A stretch of 64,000 nt of DNA, from assembly GCA_002068415.1 (NCBI GenBank), contig MVZM01000001.1:140597-204596 (forward strand), read 5' to 3'. This DNA is from Tenericutes bacterium ADurb.BinA124 (GTDB lineage: Bacteria > Bacillota_I > Bacilli_A > ML615J-28 > CAG-698). Positions 25,195 to 35,541 of the stretch are shown piece by piece. The notes under the pieces were generated by a model that saw only the letters and a program-made list of their open reading frames with translations, was not told the DNA's origin and did no database searches. Made by a program: the position numbers and the translations under genes. Each line of letters starts with the position of its first letter. Position 1 is the first letter of the stretch.

Positions 25195-25796
25195 TTATTA
25201 AAATTGTGGTGGCGGGTGAAAACCAATTCACGCGTTTATATCAGCCCGATGCTGATGAGATGTTAGTTGGCGTTGATGGCGGAATCAATTACATCATCCA
25301 AATGGGCTTGACAGCCGATTTAGGAATCGGTGATTTTGATTCATGCAATATTGAAGAAGTCGTTATGGCTTGTTCCAAAGTCAAAGTTTTCCCCAAGGAA
25401 AAAGAAAAAAGCGATTTGGAACTCGCTATTTTAGAGGTGAAAGACCTTCATCATGAGAAAATTGTTATTTATAACGGTACGGGCGGGAGGCTGGATCATT
25501 TCATCGCCATTCTCAATGTCTTAATCAAATATTCCGAAGCGAATATTGAGGTGGTCGATGAACATAATTTAATGCGGATTATTAGCCAACCGACTAAACT
25601 GGTGAAGCGTGATTATAAATATTTTTCTTTGTTTGCCTTAGAAGAAGGAACGATTATTTCTTTACAAGGTTTTAAATATCCCTTAACTAATTATCATTTA
25701 GCCATTCATGATAATTTATGTTTAAGCAACGAACTGGTTGAAGATGGTTTTTTGGAAGTTAATAACAAAAAAATATTAGTCATTGAAAGCAAGTAA
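25191..25796 (+). CDS. Thiamine pyrophosphokinase
   Basis: GVDGG…GDFDS motif; same position as B. subtilis yloS/thiN after rpe. Confidence 0.75.
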   Translation: MIIKIVVAGENQFTRLYQPDADEMLVGVDGGINYIIQMGLTADLGIGDFDSCNIEEVVMACSKVKVFPKEKEKSDLELAILEVKDLHHEKIVIYNGTGGRLDHFIAILNVLIKYSEANIEVVDEHNLMRIISQPTKLVKRDYKYFSLFALEEGTIISLQGFKYPLTNYHLAIHDNLCLSNELVEDGFLEVNNKKILVIESK

Positions 25797-25802
25797 AACC
25801 AT

Positions 25803-25830
25803 AAAAAAAAGGCTTTAACAGCCCTTTTCG
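25803..25830. terminator. Bidirectional terminator between the thiamine pyrophosphokinase gene and rpmB
   Basis: A-run, ggct-ttaac-agcc hairpin, then a T-run. Confidence 0.4.
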
Positions 25831-25836
25831 GAATCA

Positions 25837-26028
25837 TTAAGCGCGTTGCACTAAACCTGACTTCAATGCTTTTGCGGAAACATAAACGCGTTTCACTTTA
25901 CCATCAGTATCAACGATTCTGACTTTTTGTAAATTTGCTTTCCAACTACGGCGGGTAGCAACAAGTGAGTGGGGACGATTATTTCCTGTAACTGTGCCTA
26001 AGCCGGTTATATAACATTTACGTGGCAT
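25837..26028 (-). CDS. rpmB: 50S ribosomal protein L28
   Basis: MPRKCYITG…[11 protein letters not shown] canonical L28 sequence. Confidence 0.9.
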   Translation of the reverse strand: MPRKCYITGLGTVTGNNRPHSLVATRRSWKANLQKVRIVDTDGKVKRVYVSAKALKSGLVQRA

Positions 26029-26168
26029 GATGAACCTCCTTAAAAATGTATTGACTACTTTTTACTTTTAATATTATACCATTAAGGCCATTTAAAGGCA
26101 AGTAATATTTACTTTTTCGCCTTTTTATTGTTGATTTGTGGGGTTTTCATCTGTTCAAAGCACATTTT

Positions 26169-26199
26169 TCTTGCTAGAAAGCAAGATTTGTGGTATAAT
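26169..26199 (+). promoter_or_regulatory. fakA promoter with overlapping palindromic operator (TCTTGCTagaaAGCAAGA; extended -10 TGgTATAAT)
   Basis: 7-bp inverted-repeat arms centred on the -35 position, 17 nt upstream of TATAAT (26194-26199). Confidence 0.4.
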
Positions 26200-26273
26200 C
26201 CTTTAATGTATTAGTATTTGTAGGTGGAATTTAATAAAAATATATGAATTTTGATTAATTTTCGGAGGATTTA

Positions 26274-27956
26274 ATGGAAATCTTTAAATTAGATGGATTA
26301 TTATTCAAGACCCTAATTGTTAATGGGGCAGAGAATTTAAAAATAAATTATAAACAAGTGGATGCTTTAAATGTTTTTCCCGTCCCTGATGGTGATACCG
26401 GAACCAATATGCGGATGACCTTGGAAGGCGGAATTAATGAAATTTATAATCTGGATGAATCCAACATCGGTGAATTAGCCAAAAGACTGCAACGCGGAAT
26501 GTTAATGGGAGCAAGAGGAAATTCCGGTGTTATTTTGTCGCAATTTTTTCGCGGCATTTATAAAGGCTTTGAAGATCGTTCCCATGTCGATGCCATTGGT
26601 TTAGCTAAAGCATTTGAGATGGGTGTTAAACAAGCTTATAAAGCCGTGATGAAACCCGTTGAAGGAACGATTTTAACAGTTGCTCGTGAAGCAACCGAAA
26701 AATTAATGATTATTTCTTCTTCAAGAATGTCGATTAATGAGTTTTTCCAAGAATTTATTGAGGAAGCCAAAGCTTCACTCGTTAGGACCCCCAATCTGCT
26801 TCCCGTTTTGAAAGAAGCTGGGGTTGTTGATAGTGGTGGAGCGGGATTAGTATATGTTCTTGAAGGAATGGCTTTAGCTTTAGAAGGTAAATTTTTGTCG
26901 GAACGCCCGGTTGAAGTTGATATGCACACCGTCAGTACCAAATTCTTACATAAGGATGTTGATGTCACTTTTGGTTATTGTACGGAATTTATTGTGAAGA
27001 TGAAGGCGGAAGCTAATACCAAAGATTTCGATGAAAGCATTGTTGCTAAGATGCTTTCCGCAATCGGTGATTCAATTGTTGTTGTCCACGATGAAGATAT
27101 TTTGAAAGTCCATGTCCATACTTTAACGCCCGGTGATGTCTTAAATATCGGCCAGAAATTCGGTGAATTTATGTCATGTAAAATTGAAAACATGACGATT
27201 CAACATAATGAAAGCAAAGACTTTGTCCATGTTGAGGAAGGTCTTTGTGAATGCGGTGAAGAACACCATGTGGCACCGAAAAAACCCGAGGTCCGCAAAA
27301 AATACGCCATTGTGGCCGTTGCTAGCGGTAAAGGCATTGAAAAAACCTTTATGGAAATGGGAGCGGATTATATTGTTTCCGGTGGTCAAAGTATGAATCC
27401 GTCCACGGAAGACTTCATTCGGGGCTTTGATACGCTCAATGCCGAGAATATCATTGTCTTCCCCAACAACAAAAACATTGTTTTAGCGGCTCGTCAATCA
27501 GCAAAAATCTATAAAGAAAGTAAGATTCATGTTTTAGAAACGAAGAGCATTGCTCAGGGTTTTTCCGCTTTAACCATGATTGACTTAAATGGGGAACCCG
27601 ACCAAATCTTAAACGATTTAAAGAAAGTCATTGAAAATGTGACTACAGGTTTGATTACATATTCGATTCGTGATACTGACCTTAATGGCGTTCATATTAA
27701 AAAAGATGATTATATCGGGATTTGCGATAACAAAATTGTGGCTTCCAACCGTCGTCGTGTGGATGCTGTCAAATCCTTATTAAAAGCAGGTATTACGGAA
27801 GAAAAAGAGATTATTACCATTATTTATGGTCAAGATGTCCCTTCAAAAGAAGTAAATGAATTAGTTAAGTTTATTGAGAGAAATTATAGCAATCTTGAAG
27901 TTGATGTTATTGAAGGAAATCAAGAAGTCTATAGTTATATTCTAGCAATAGAATAG
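26274..27956 (+). CDS. fakA: DAK2-domain protein of the YloV family (fatty acid kinase FakA-like)
   Basis: N-terminal DhaL/DAK2 domain (PVPDGDTGTNM), about 560 aa. Conserved position before recG-plsX, as for S. aureus fakA. Confidence 0.7.
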   Translation: MEIFKLDGLLFKTLIVNGAENLKINYKQVDALNVFPVPDGDTGTNMRMTLEGGINEIYNLDESNIGELAKRLQRGMLMGARGNSGVILSQFFRGIYKGFEDRSHVDAIGLAKAFEMGVKQAYKAVMKPVEGTILTVAREATEKLMIISSSRMSINEFFQEFIEEAKASLVRTPNLLPVLKEAGVVDSGGAGLVYVLEGMALALEGKFLSERPVEVDMHTVSTKFLHKDVDVTFGYCTEFIVKMKAEANTKDFDESIVAKMLSAIGDSIVVVHDEDILKVHVHTLTPGDVLNIGQKFGEFMSCKIENMTIQHNESKDFVHVEEGLCECGEEHHVAPKKPEVRKKYAIVAVASGKGIEKTFMEMGADYIVSGGQSMNPSTEDFIRGFDTLNAENIIVFPNNKNIVLAARQSAKIYKESKIHVLETKSIAQGFSALTMIDLNGEPDQILNDLKKVIENVTTGLITYSIRDTDLNGVHIKKDDYIGICDNKIVASNRRRVDAVKSLLKAGITEEKEIITIIYGQDVPSKEVNELVKFIERNYSNLEVDVIEGNQEVYSYILAIE

Positions 27957-27978
27957 AAAGGGCTTTGGCCCTTTTTAT
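27957..27978 (+). terminator. Rho-independent terminator after fakA
   Basis: aaagggc-tttg-gccctttt hairpin followed by a T-run. Confidence 0.6.
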
Positions 27979-28012
27979 TGTATTAAAGAGCAGTTTGTGA
28001 AAAGGAAGGTCT

Positions 28013-30043
28013 ATGAAGAATACTTTACTCAGCCAGATTGAATATATTACTCCTAAACAAGTAAGTTATTTTAAAAAAAGTAATATTTTTACCGTTGAGG
28101 ATTTATTGTTAAATTATCCAAGTAAATTTGATGACTATACGATTATTCCCCTTAAAGAAGCGCAGCCAGGCGTTAGTTTAACAATTGCCGGGATTGTTCA
28201 GTCCAAGGCTACTGTGACTTCGGTAAAAACCAAATTATCGGTGATGAACTTCTATATTGATGTCGAGGGTCATAAAATTCGCATTTCCATTTTTAACCGC
28301 CATTTTTTAAAAACACGGTTATTCTATGGTGTTTATGTGCGCTTAACGGGAAAATTTAGTGATAATATGAAATCCTTTACGGCCGCGGAAATCCATTTTG
28401 AAGAATTAGGGAGTAATATTAATCCCGTTTTTGGTATTAAAGGGATTACGGATGCCAAGGTTTTAGAAATTAAAGAAAAAGTCTTTGAAGATTTCGGAGA
28501 CGAAATTAAAGATATTTTTCCGGACTATTTACTGCAGAAATATGATTTGATTCCTTATCATGATGCTTTAAAATACATTAATATTCCCGAGAATACTGAA
28601 GAAATCAATCAAGCGATTAAAAGAATCAAGTTTGAGGAATTATTCTTATATCAAATGAAAATCAAGTACATGTTTTACATGCGCAAACATTTTCCTCAAG
28701 GAGTAGCGATTAATTACGATCGGCAAAAGGTGAGCCAATTTATTGACCGCTTGCCCTTTAAATTAACCCCCGACCAAAATAAAGCATTGGATGATATTTT
28801 AGGGGATATGGCACAAGAATATAAGATGAATCGCCTTTTACAAGGGGAAGTCGGTAGTGGTAAAACCGTTGTTGCGGCCATTTGTCTTTATGCGGCGATT
28901 ACCGCCGGCTATCAAGGAGCAATCATGGTGCCGACAGAAGTTTTGGCGCAGCAGCATTACCAAACTTTTTTAGCTTTATTTAAAAATGAACCCATCCAAA
29001 TTGCCATGTTGTCCTCGTCCGTTGCCACAAAAGATAAAAAGTTTACCCTTTCCGGTTTAGCCGATAAAAAAGTTGATATTGTTATCGGTACGCATTCCTT
29101 GTTTCAAAAAGATGTGGAATTTGAACGTTTAGGCTTGGTGGTAACCGATGAAGAACATCGTTTTGGGGTTAAACAACGCGTTTCTATTGTGGGGAAAGGT
29201 CATTTAATTGATCATTTAAAAATGAGTGCGACGCCCATCCCCCGCACCTTGGCCATTTCGATTCTTGGAGAAACGGATATTTCCATTATCAAAACGATGC
29301 CCGGTAGTAAAAAACCGGTCATTACCAAATATCTTTCGGAAAATAATCTTCCCCAAGTGATTCTTCACATGAAGGAAGAATTGGCGCGCAACCATCAAAT
29401 CTATGTAATTACCCCGATGATTGAAGAATCTGAAGTGATGGATTTGCGCAATGCAACGGAAATATATGAAAAAATGAGTATCTATTTTAAAGGGATTTGT
29501 CAGGTTGGTTTAATTCATAGCCGCCTTAAACCGCAAGAAAAAGAACAGGTTATGAAGATGTTTGCGGAAAACAAAATTCAAATTCTTGTTTCCACAAGTG
29601 TTATTGAAGTCGGTGTCAACATCATCAATGCGACGACGATGATTATCTTTAATGCTGACCGCTTTGGGATTGCCCAGCTCCACCAAATGCGGGGGCGTGT
29701 TCGTCGCAGTGATGAACAAGCTTACTGCTTTTTAATCAGCGATACGACCATTCCCTCAGCGATTGCTCGTTTAAAATTGGTGGAAGAAAATAGTGACGGT
29801 TTTGTGTTGGCCGAAGAAGATTTAATTATTCGCGGTCCCGGTGACTTTTTTGGAGAAAAACAATCGGGAACCGTGGCCTTCAAAATGGCGGATTTAGTTT
29901 TGGATAAAGATTTATTGTTGACGGTTAACCAAGAAACGGAAGCAATCATTAATGATGGACGATTATTTAATGATTCTCAATATAAAGAAGTTTTAAAAAT
30001 TGTTAAAGACAATTATGATACGAAAAAGGAAATGCTTGATTAA
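28013..30043 (+). CDS. recG: ATP-dependent DNA helicase RecG
   Basis: Wedge domain plus SF2 helicase motifs (GEVGSGKT, DEEHRFG). Confidence 0.9.
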   Translation: MKNTLLSQIEYITPKQVSYFKKSNIFTVEDLLLNYPSKFDDYTIIPLKEAQPGVSLTIAGIVQSKATVTSVKTKLSVMNFYIDVEGHKIRISIFNRHFLKTRLFYGVYVRLTGKFSDNMKSFTAAEIHFEELGSNINPVFGIKGITDAKVLEIKEKVFEDFGDEIKDIFPDYLLQKYDLIPYHDALKYINIPENTEEINQAIKRIKFEELFLYQMKIKYMFYMRKHFPQGVAINYDRQKVSQFIDRLPFKLTPDQNKALDDILGDMAQEYKMNRLLQGEVGSGKTVVAAICLYAAITAGYQGAIMVPTEVLAQQHYQTFLALFKNEPIQIAMLSSSVATKDKKFTLSGLADKKVDIVIGTHSLFQKDVEFERLGLVVTDEEHRFGVKQRVSIVGKGHLIDHLKMSATPIPRTLAISILGETDISIIKTMPGSKKPVITKYLSENNLPQVILHMKEELARNHQIYVITPMIEESEVMDLRNATEIYEKMSIYFKGICQVGLIHSRLKPQEKEQVMKMFAENKIQILVSTSVIEVGVNIINATTMIIFNADRFGIAQLHQMRGRVRRSDEQAYCFLISDTTIPSAIARLKLVEENSDGFVLAEEDLIIRGPGDFFGEKQSGTVAFKMADLVLDKDLLLTVNQETEAIINDGRLFNDSQYKEVLKIVKDNYDTKKEMLD

Positions 30044-30055
30044 GGAGGAAAGCAT

Positions 30056-31066
30056 ATGGTGAAATTAGCAATCGACATTATGGGTGGTGATTTTGCCCCC
30101 TTAGCCATTATTGATGGCGTCAAATTAGCTCTTAATCAATTTGACGATTTGGAATTTGTCCTCTTTGGGGATGAAGAAATAATTAAAAAACACCTTCCCT
30201 CCCATCCGCGCGTGGTCGTTGTTCATGCACCGGATAAAATTGACATGGGGGAAAAAGACCCCATTGGTGAAATTCGCCGTAATCGCAATACTTCATTAGT
30301 TAAAGCTTTTCAGGCGGTTAAGAATAAGGAAGTTGATGGTGCTGTCACGGCCGGACCAACACAGGGGACGATTGCAGCAGCTCATTTAATCATTCGCCGG
30401 ATTCCCGGGATGAAACGCGTTGCCCTATGCCCGATTTTACCTAATTTAGGCGGAAAACATCGCTTGTTATTAGATGTCGGAGCGAACCTAGAATTGCGTA
30501 GCGAACATTTGTTGCAAATTGCTCAATATGCGAGCATTTTTATAAAAGAAGTTTGGAATATTGACAAACCGATTGTTGGTTTAATGAACATTGGAACGGA
30601 ACCGGGAAAAGGTCGTGAATTGGAAAGAGAAACCTTTGACATCTTGCAAAAAGATGAAAATATTACTTTTGCCGGCAATATTGAAGGCAAAGAAATTTTT
30701 TCGACCTCATGCGATATTTTAATTACCGATGGTTTTACGGGTAATATGATTATGAAAACAAGTGAAGGGGTTGCTAAAGCGGTTGGTGTTTTCCTAAAAC
30801 AGGAAATTAAGAAGAATTTACGCTCCAAATTAGGATATTTATTTTTAAAACCAGTTTTTAAGAATTTTAAAAAAATCCTCAGTCCCGATGAAGTTGGTGG
30901 TGCTCATTTATTCGGTGTTGATGGCGTGGTGGTAAAAGCCCATGGCTCCAGCGATGCCTATGCCTTTTCCAATGCTATTAAACAAGCCCGCAATGCTGTT
31001 GTTGGGAAGGTCATTGAAAAAATGAAAAAAATCATTGGTGAGCAAAATGAGGTCATCAGTGAATAA
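30056..31066 (+). CDS. plsX: Phosphate acyltransferase PlsX
   Basis: MVKLAIDIMGGDFAP N-terminus, typical length. Confidence 0.9.
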   Translation: MVKLAIDIMGGDFAPLAIIDGVKLALNQFDDLEFVLFGDEEIIKKHLPSHPRVVVVHAPDKIDMGEKDPIGEIRRNRNTSLVKAFQAVKNKEVDGAVTAGPTQGTIAAAHLIIRRIPGMKRVALCPILPNLGGKHRLLLDVGANLELRSEHLLQIAQYASIFIKEVWNIDKPIVGLMNIGTEPGKGRELERETFDILQKDENITFAGNIEGKEIFSTSCDILITDGFTGNMIMKTSEGVAKAVGVFLKQEIKKNLRSKLGYLFLKPVFKNFKKILSPDEVGGAHLFGVDGVVVKAHGSSDAYAFSNAIKQARNAVVGKVIEKMKKIIGEQNEVISE

Positions 31067-31751
31067 TGTCCCTGAAAAAGTCAAAGAATTAGCCCATCAT
31101 CTTCATTTGCCACTTCAGCGTTGGGATTTATACCAATTGGCCTTCACCCATCAATCATATGCCAATGAACATCATGAAGCAAGCAATGAGCGTTTAGAAT
31201 ATCTAGGTGATGCTATTTTGGATTTTTTGGTGGCTGAGTTTTTATATCATCGTTATCCGGATTTACCGGAAGGCCAATTAACCAAAATTCGCGCCAAATA
31301 TGTTTGTGCGAATGCCAACAGTAAATATGCCCAAGCTTTAAAACTCGATCGTTATTTATTACTGGGTAAGGGCGAGTTAGAACAAGGCGGGAAATCCAAA
31401 CCCTCTGTTTTAGCGGATTTATTTGAAGCGTTTTTAGGGGCTTTGTATCTTGATTTAGGTATTGAAGTTGTTCGCAGTGTTTTAGAAAAATATGTTTTTA
31501 ACCAAATTGAAACTATGGATACCGGTTTCTTTGTTGACTATAAGAGCCGTTTACAAGAATTTGTGCAGGCAGAAAGCCGGGAAGGTGTTCGCTATGTCTT
31601 GCAAGAAGCCAGCGGTTTAGCTCATGATAAAACTTTCCGGTTTGCGGTTTTCCATGAAAACCTTCGTTTAGGTGTTGGGGTTGGTAAAAGCAAAAAAGAA
31701 GCCCAACAAAATGCCGCCAAGGATGCTTTGGAGAAATTAGCGCTTAATTAA
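31035..31751 (+). CDS. rnc: Ribonuclease III
   Basis: NERLEYLGDA catalytic signature and C-terminal dsRBD. The start overlaps the plsX end (alternative ATG at 31047). Confidence 0.85.
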   Translation: MVSKMRSSVNNVPEKVKELAHHLHLPLQRWDLYQLAFTHQSYANEHHEASNERLEYLGDAILDFLVAEFLYHRYPDLPEGQLTKIRAKYVCANANSKYAQALKLDRYLLLGKGELEQGGKSKPSVLADLFEAFLGALYLDLGIEVVRSVLEKYVFNQIETMDTGFFVDYKSRLQEFVQAESREGVRYVLQEASGLAHDKTFRFAVFHENLRLGVGVGKSKKEAQQNAAKDALEKLALN

Positions 31752-31761
31752 GGAGGTCAAA

Positions 31762-32382
31762 ATGTATACATTATTAAAAAACAACATTATTGATTTTGAT
31801 CGCTTGTTATTGGAAAAATATCGAGCATTAAAACTTGATGAAGCCAATACGATTATTTTAATTAAGCTTAATAATTTATTAAAGCAAGGTAAACGCTTCT
31901 TGGTTGTAGAAGAGCTTGTGGAAACGATGGCCCTTTCCAAAGAAGAAGTGGCGAAACGGATTGTTCAGTTAGTCAATGATGGCTTTGTAGCCTTGGAGTT
32001 GTCGGAAATCGATGCCAAAGAACAATTCAATTTAGATGAGACTTATAAGCGTTTGTCTTATTTATTAGAAGGAGTCAAACAAGCCAATCAGGAAAACCAT
32101 GTTAACGATAAAATTAAAGCGCTTGTGAAGGTTTTGGAAAAGGAGTTTAAGAAAATCTTAAGTCCGATTGAACTAGAGATGGTTTCCAAATGGCATATTG
32201 AATATCAATATACCGATGCTGCCATTGAAGAAGCAATTATTAAAACATTGAGATATAAAAATCGCAGTATCAATTATGTTGATCGCCTCTTAAGGCTTAA
32301 TCATCAGGAAGTAAAAAAAGAACCTTCAACAACGGAGAATATTCAAGAATTGTTTAATAAAGTTTATGTTCACAGCAAATGA
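31762..32382 (+). CDS. DnaD-domain protein (replication initiation / membrane attachment family)
   Basis: C-terminal DnaD-like repeat (…SKWHIEYQYTDAAIEEAI…YVDRLL…). Confidence 0.55.
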   Translation: MYTLLKNNIIDFDRLLLEKYRALKLDEANTIILIKLNNLLKQGKRFLVVEELVETMALSKEEVAKRIVQLVNDGFVALELSEIDAKEQFNLDETYKRLSYLLEGVKQANQENHVNDKIKALVKVLEKEFKKILSPIELEMVSKWHIEYQYTDAAIEEAIIKTLRYKNRSINYVDRLLRLNHQEVKKEPSTTENIQELFNKVYVHSK

Positions 32383-32989
32383 GATTTTAGAACAATTAGT
32401 CAAACTTTACCCTGTTGCCCATAGTGATCTTCATTTTCAAAATCATTACCAATTAACAATTGCGGTGGTTTTGTCCGCGCAAACAACGGATGTTTTAGTT
32501 AATCGGGCCACTAAAACTTTGTTTTTGGCTTATCCGGATTTTGCCAGTTTAAGTAAAGCTAAAATCCCCGATGTTTTAGCGCATATTCGCTTTTTAGGTT
32601 TAGCCAACACCAAGGCCAAAAATATTATCTTGCTTTCCCAAAAAGTGATGGCAGAAAAGCAAGGCGTTTTACCCGGTGATTGGGATTATTTATTAAGTTT
32701 GCCGGGAATCGGCCGAAAAAGTGCCAATGTTATTTTAAGTGAAGGTTTTGGCATTCCGCGGATTGCTGTTGATACTCATGTTTTAAGGGTTTCCAATCGC
32801 TTGGGTTTAGTCCAAACAAACAATCCCTTGGTGGTCGAAGAAACCTTGATGAAACTTTATGATCCGTCCGTTTGGCATTCCCTTCATTTACGCTTCGTCT
32901 TTTTTGGGCGCTATCTTTGTAAAGCTAAAAAGCCTAGTTGTGCTCTTTGTCCATTTCATTCAATTTGTACTTATGAAAAGAAGTCCTAA
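32366..32989 (+). CDS. nth: Endonuclease III
   Basis: HhH-GPD motif LPGIGRKSANVIL and C-terminal 4Fe-4S Cys cluster CKAKKPSCALCPFHSIC. Confidence 0.85.
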   Translation: MFTANEILEQLVKLYPVAHSDLHFQNHYQLTIAVVLSAQTTDVLVNRATKTLFLAYPDFASLSKAKIPDVLAHIRFLGLANTKAKNIILLSQKVMAEKQGVLPGDWDYLLSLPGIGRKSANVILSEGFGIPRIAVDTHVLRVSNRLGLVQTNNPLVVEETLMKLYDPSVWHSLHLRFVFFGRYLCKAKKPSCALCPFHSICTYEKKS

Positions 32990-32995
32990 CACCAG

Positions 32996-34588
32996 CTAAG
33001 ACTTCTTAATTATTTTAGTTTTAATATGCTCCCAATCAGGAGTGACAAATAAGGTTTTTTGTTTAGTGTAAGTGACAAATGAGCCCTTCATTTTCGGAAC
33101 TTTTTTAACATTCTTCACAAGTGTATAATCAACAGCGACTTGACCGGAATGTTTTTGCGGGGAATGGAAGGCAGCAATTTCCGCTGCCAAGTTGAGCGTC
33201 TCGAAAGAAGGATTTTCCGCCTGTAAAATTGTGTGACTTCCCGGTGCATCTTTCACATGGAAGAAATAATCATGTTTTTTAGCCAAGGAATGGGTTAAAT
33301 AATTGTTTTGCACATTGTTTTTGCCAACGATAATGCTGTGACCGTAATGGTCTTCATAAGTTAATAAAAGCGGTTTGGTCTTTTTCTTAGGACTAGTTTT
33401 ACTTTTACCGAGGCCTAATTCCTGCATGATTTCTGTTAAGTCGCTTTTCTTGGCCTGGCGAGCTTGATTTTCCAAACATTGGAAATATTGTAAATCATTC
33501 TTAGTTAGTTCAATTTGCTCTTGTAAATGGATAAGCGTGCGCTTGGCCTTCTTGTATTTCGCAAACATTTGATGAAGGTTTTTAGTTGGTTCTAAAAGTG
33601 GATCAAGCGGAATTTCGATAGGGATGTCATGATTGTAAAAATTGGCGACGGTTATGGTGGAATCGCCTTTTTGGATACGATATAAATTGGCTTGCAGGAG
33701 ATTACCGTATTGTTCATAAATGAGATTAGTTTCTGCTTGTTGTTGCTCCTGTTTTTGTTTTTCCAGTTTATTAGTCAATTTGGTGATTTCTTTTTTTAAG
33801 AAGTTTTCAACAAGTTTTTGTTCAACATTGAGGGTGTTTTGGGCTTTCAGATGGACATAAAAATGCTCTAAAAGGGCCGATAAATTGGGAAAATAAGTTC
33901 TTTCACCGACAATCGAAGGTAAATCAAAACAGTAAAAATAATTTTTGGTAGCAGTTTTAATCATCGTCGGTAAAGCAGTTTGATGAATGAGGGAAAAAGA
34001 GTTTTGCTTGATTAGTTCTTGATAAAGGAGAGCGGAAACCCCGGAATAAAGATTTTGGCTGGCCAATTCTTTTTCAAGAAAGGGGTTTAATTTGTTATCT
34101 TGAGGAAAGGTATAAGCTAGTTTTGGGAGCATAATCCGCTTTTCATGTTCACCAAGCGTAAAAATCTTTTTAGCACACTCGATTACTTTCATTTGGGCAT
34201 CAACCAAGATGAGGTTGGCATTCCTGCCAAAAAATTCCATAATTAAATGGGTAGTTGTTTTTGCTCCCAAATGATTCTCGTTTTCGGAATCCATCATCAC
34301 TAAGCGGTCATTATCTTTTTGTACAAGTTTTTTTATGATAGCCCCTTCCAAATGTTTTTTAAGCATATTCAAAAGGGGAGAAGTTTTTTGGTCAAAAATA
34401 AAATCCCCTTCCGCCATTCGCAAATGAGGAGAATCGGCTTGCATGATAATGAGCAAATGTTTTTGATTGCTAAGGCTTAGGATAAAATTGGACTGATCAA
34501 GGCTGTTGACCTTGTTAATCCTTTGCTTAATTAACTGGGGGGTAATTTCTTGCAGCAAATTGTGAATAAAAACACCATCAAAACTCAT
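32996..34588 (-). CDS. rqcH: Rqc2-homologue RqcH / fibronectin-binding protein A (NFACT family)
   Basis: NFACT-N start MSFDGVFIHNL…, central coiled coil, NFACT-R-like C-terminus, about 530 aa. Confidence 0.8.
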   Translation of the reverse strand: MSFDGVFIHNLLQEITPQLIKQRINKVNSLDQSNFILSLSNQKHLLIIMQADSPHLRMAEGDFIFDQKTSPLLNMLKKHLEGAIIKKLVQKDNDRLVMMDSENENHLGAKTTTHLIMEFFGRNANLILVDAQMKVIECAKKIFTLGEHEKRIMLPKLAYTFPQDNKLNPFLEKELASQNLYSGVSALLYQELIKQNSFSLIHQTALPTMIKTATKNYFYCFDLPSIVGERTYFPNLSALLEHFYVHLKAQNTLNVEQKLVENFLKKEITKLTNKLEKQKQEQQQAETNLIYEQYGNLLQANLYRIQKGDSTITVANFYNHDIPIEIPLDPLLEPTKNLHQMFAKYKKAKRTLIHLQEQIELTKNDLQYFQCLENQARQAKKSDLTEIMQELGLGKSKTSPKKKTKPLLLTYEDHYGHSIIVGKNNVQNNYLTHSLAKKHDYFFHVKDAPGSHTILQAENPSFETLNLAAEIAAFHSPQKHSGQVAVDYTLVKNVKKVPKMKGSFVTYTKQKTLFVTPDWEHIKTKIIKKS

Positions 34589-34698
34589 CTTTAGGTCCTC
34601 TGAGTTATTTTATCATATCATTTTGCTTAATTCAAAAATTTCTTTCTTTTTTTACTTTTTAGTAGTATAATAAGAGCAAATAATTTTTCGAGGGCCAA

Positions 34699-35319
34699 AT
34701 GAAATTAGATCTCAAAGGTTTATTAATTGTTATTTCCGGACCTTCCGGAGTTGGTAAAGGGACTGTTCGCAGTGCTTTATTTAATATGAGCGGGCATGAT
34801 TTAGTTTATTCCATCTCGATGACAACTAGAAAACCGCGTGAAGGCGAAGTCAACGGTCGGGAATATTATTTTGTTTCCAAAGAAGAATTCCAAAAATATA
34901 TTCAAGAGGACAAAATGCTCGAGTATGCGGAGTTTGTCAATAATTACTATGGTACACCCCGAGATAAAGTTATGGAACTATTGGAACAAGGCAAAGAAGT
35001 CGTCTTAGAAATTGAAGTTCAAGGGGCGGAAATTGTTCGGGAAAAAATGCCGGAAGCCATTTTCATCTTTATTGCACCGCCATCAATGCAAGATTTATAT
35101 AAGCGCTTGCTTTCCCGAGGAACGGAACCTCAGGAAGTGATTGCGGAACGCGTCCAAAAAGCCCAAAGAGAAATCAAATTAGCTTATTTATATGATTATA
35201 TTGTTGTCAATGATACCGTTGAAAATGCGGCGGACAAAATTATGGCCATCATTCGGGCTGAACATGCGAAAGTTGAAAGAACAATTCATCAATACAAAGA
35301 AATGTTGGAGGTTAAATAA
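34699..35319 (+). CDS. gmk: Guanylate kinase
   Basis: P-loop ISGPSGVGKGT; conserved gmk-rpoZ pairing. Confidence 0.9.
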   Translation: MKLDLKGLLIVISGPSGVGKGTVRSALFNMSGHDLVYSISMTTRKPREGEVNGREYYFVSKEEFQKYIQEDKMLEYAEFVNNYYGTPRDKVMELLEQGKEVVLEIEVQGAEIVREKMPEAIFIFIAPPSMQDLYKRLLSRGTEPQEVIAERVQKAQREIKLAYLYDYIVVNDTVENAADKIMAIIRAEHAKVERTIHQYKEMLEVK

Positions 35320-35532
35320 ATGAATAATACTCATGATGGGATGCGTTATCCATCGATTGATCAATTAGTGTCCATTACTAAATCCAAATACAAATTGGTT
35401 GTGGGGACGGCTAAACGCGCTCGCAAGATTGAAAAAGGCGGAAATATTTTAATCACTAATCCGCGCAACAAAAAAAGCATCGGCATTGCCTTAGAAGAAA
35501 TTCTTCAAGGGAAAGTTATTATTACGGATTGA
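35320..35532 (+). CDS. rpoZ: DNA-directed RNA polymerase subunit omega
   Basis: 70 aa with the …KYKLVVGTAKRARKI… signature, immediately after gmk. Confidence 0.8.
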   Translation: MNNTHDGMRYPSIDQLVSITKSKYKLVVGTAKRARKIEKGGNILITNPRNKKSIGIALEEILQGKVIITD

Positions 35533-35541
35533 TAAATAGAA

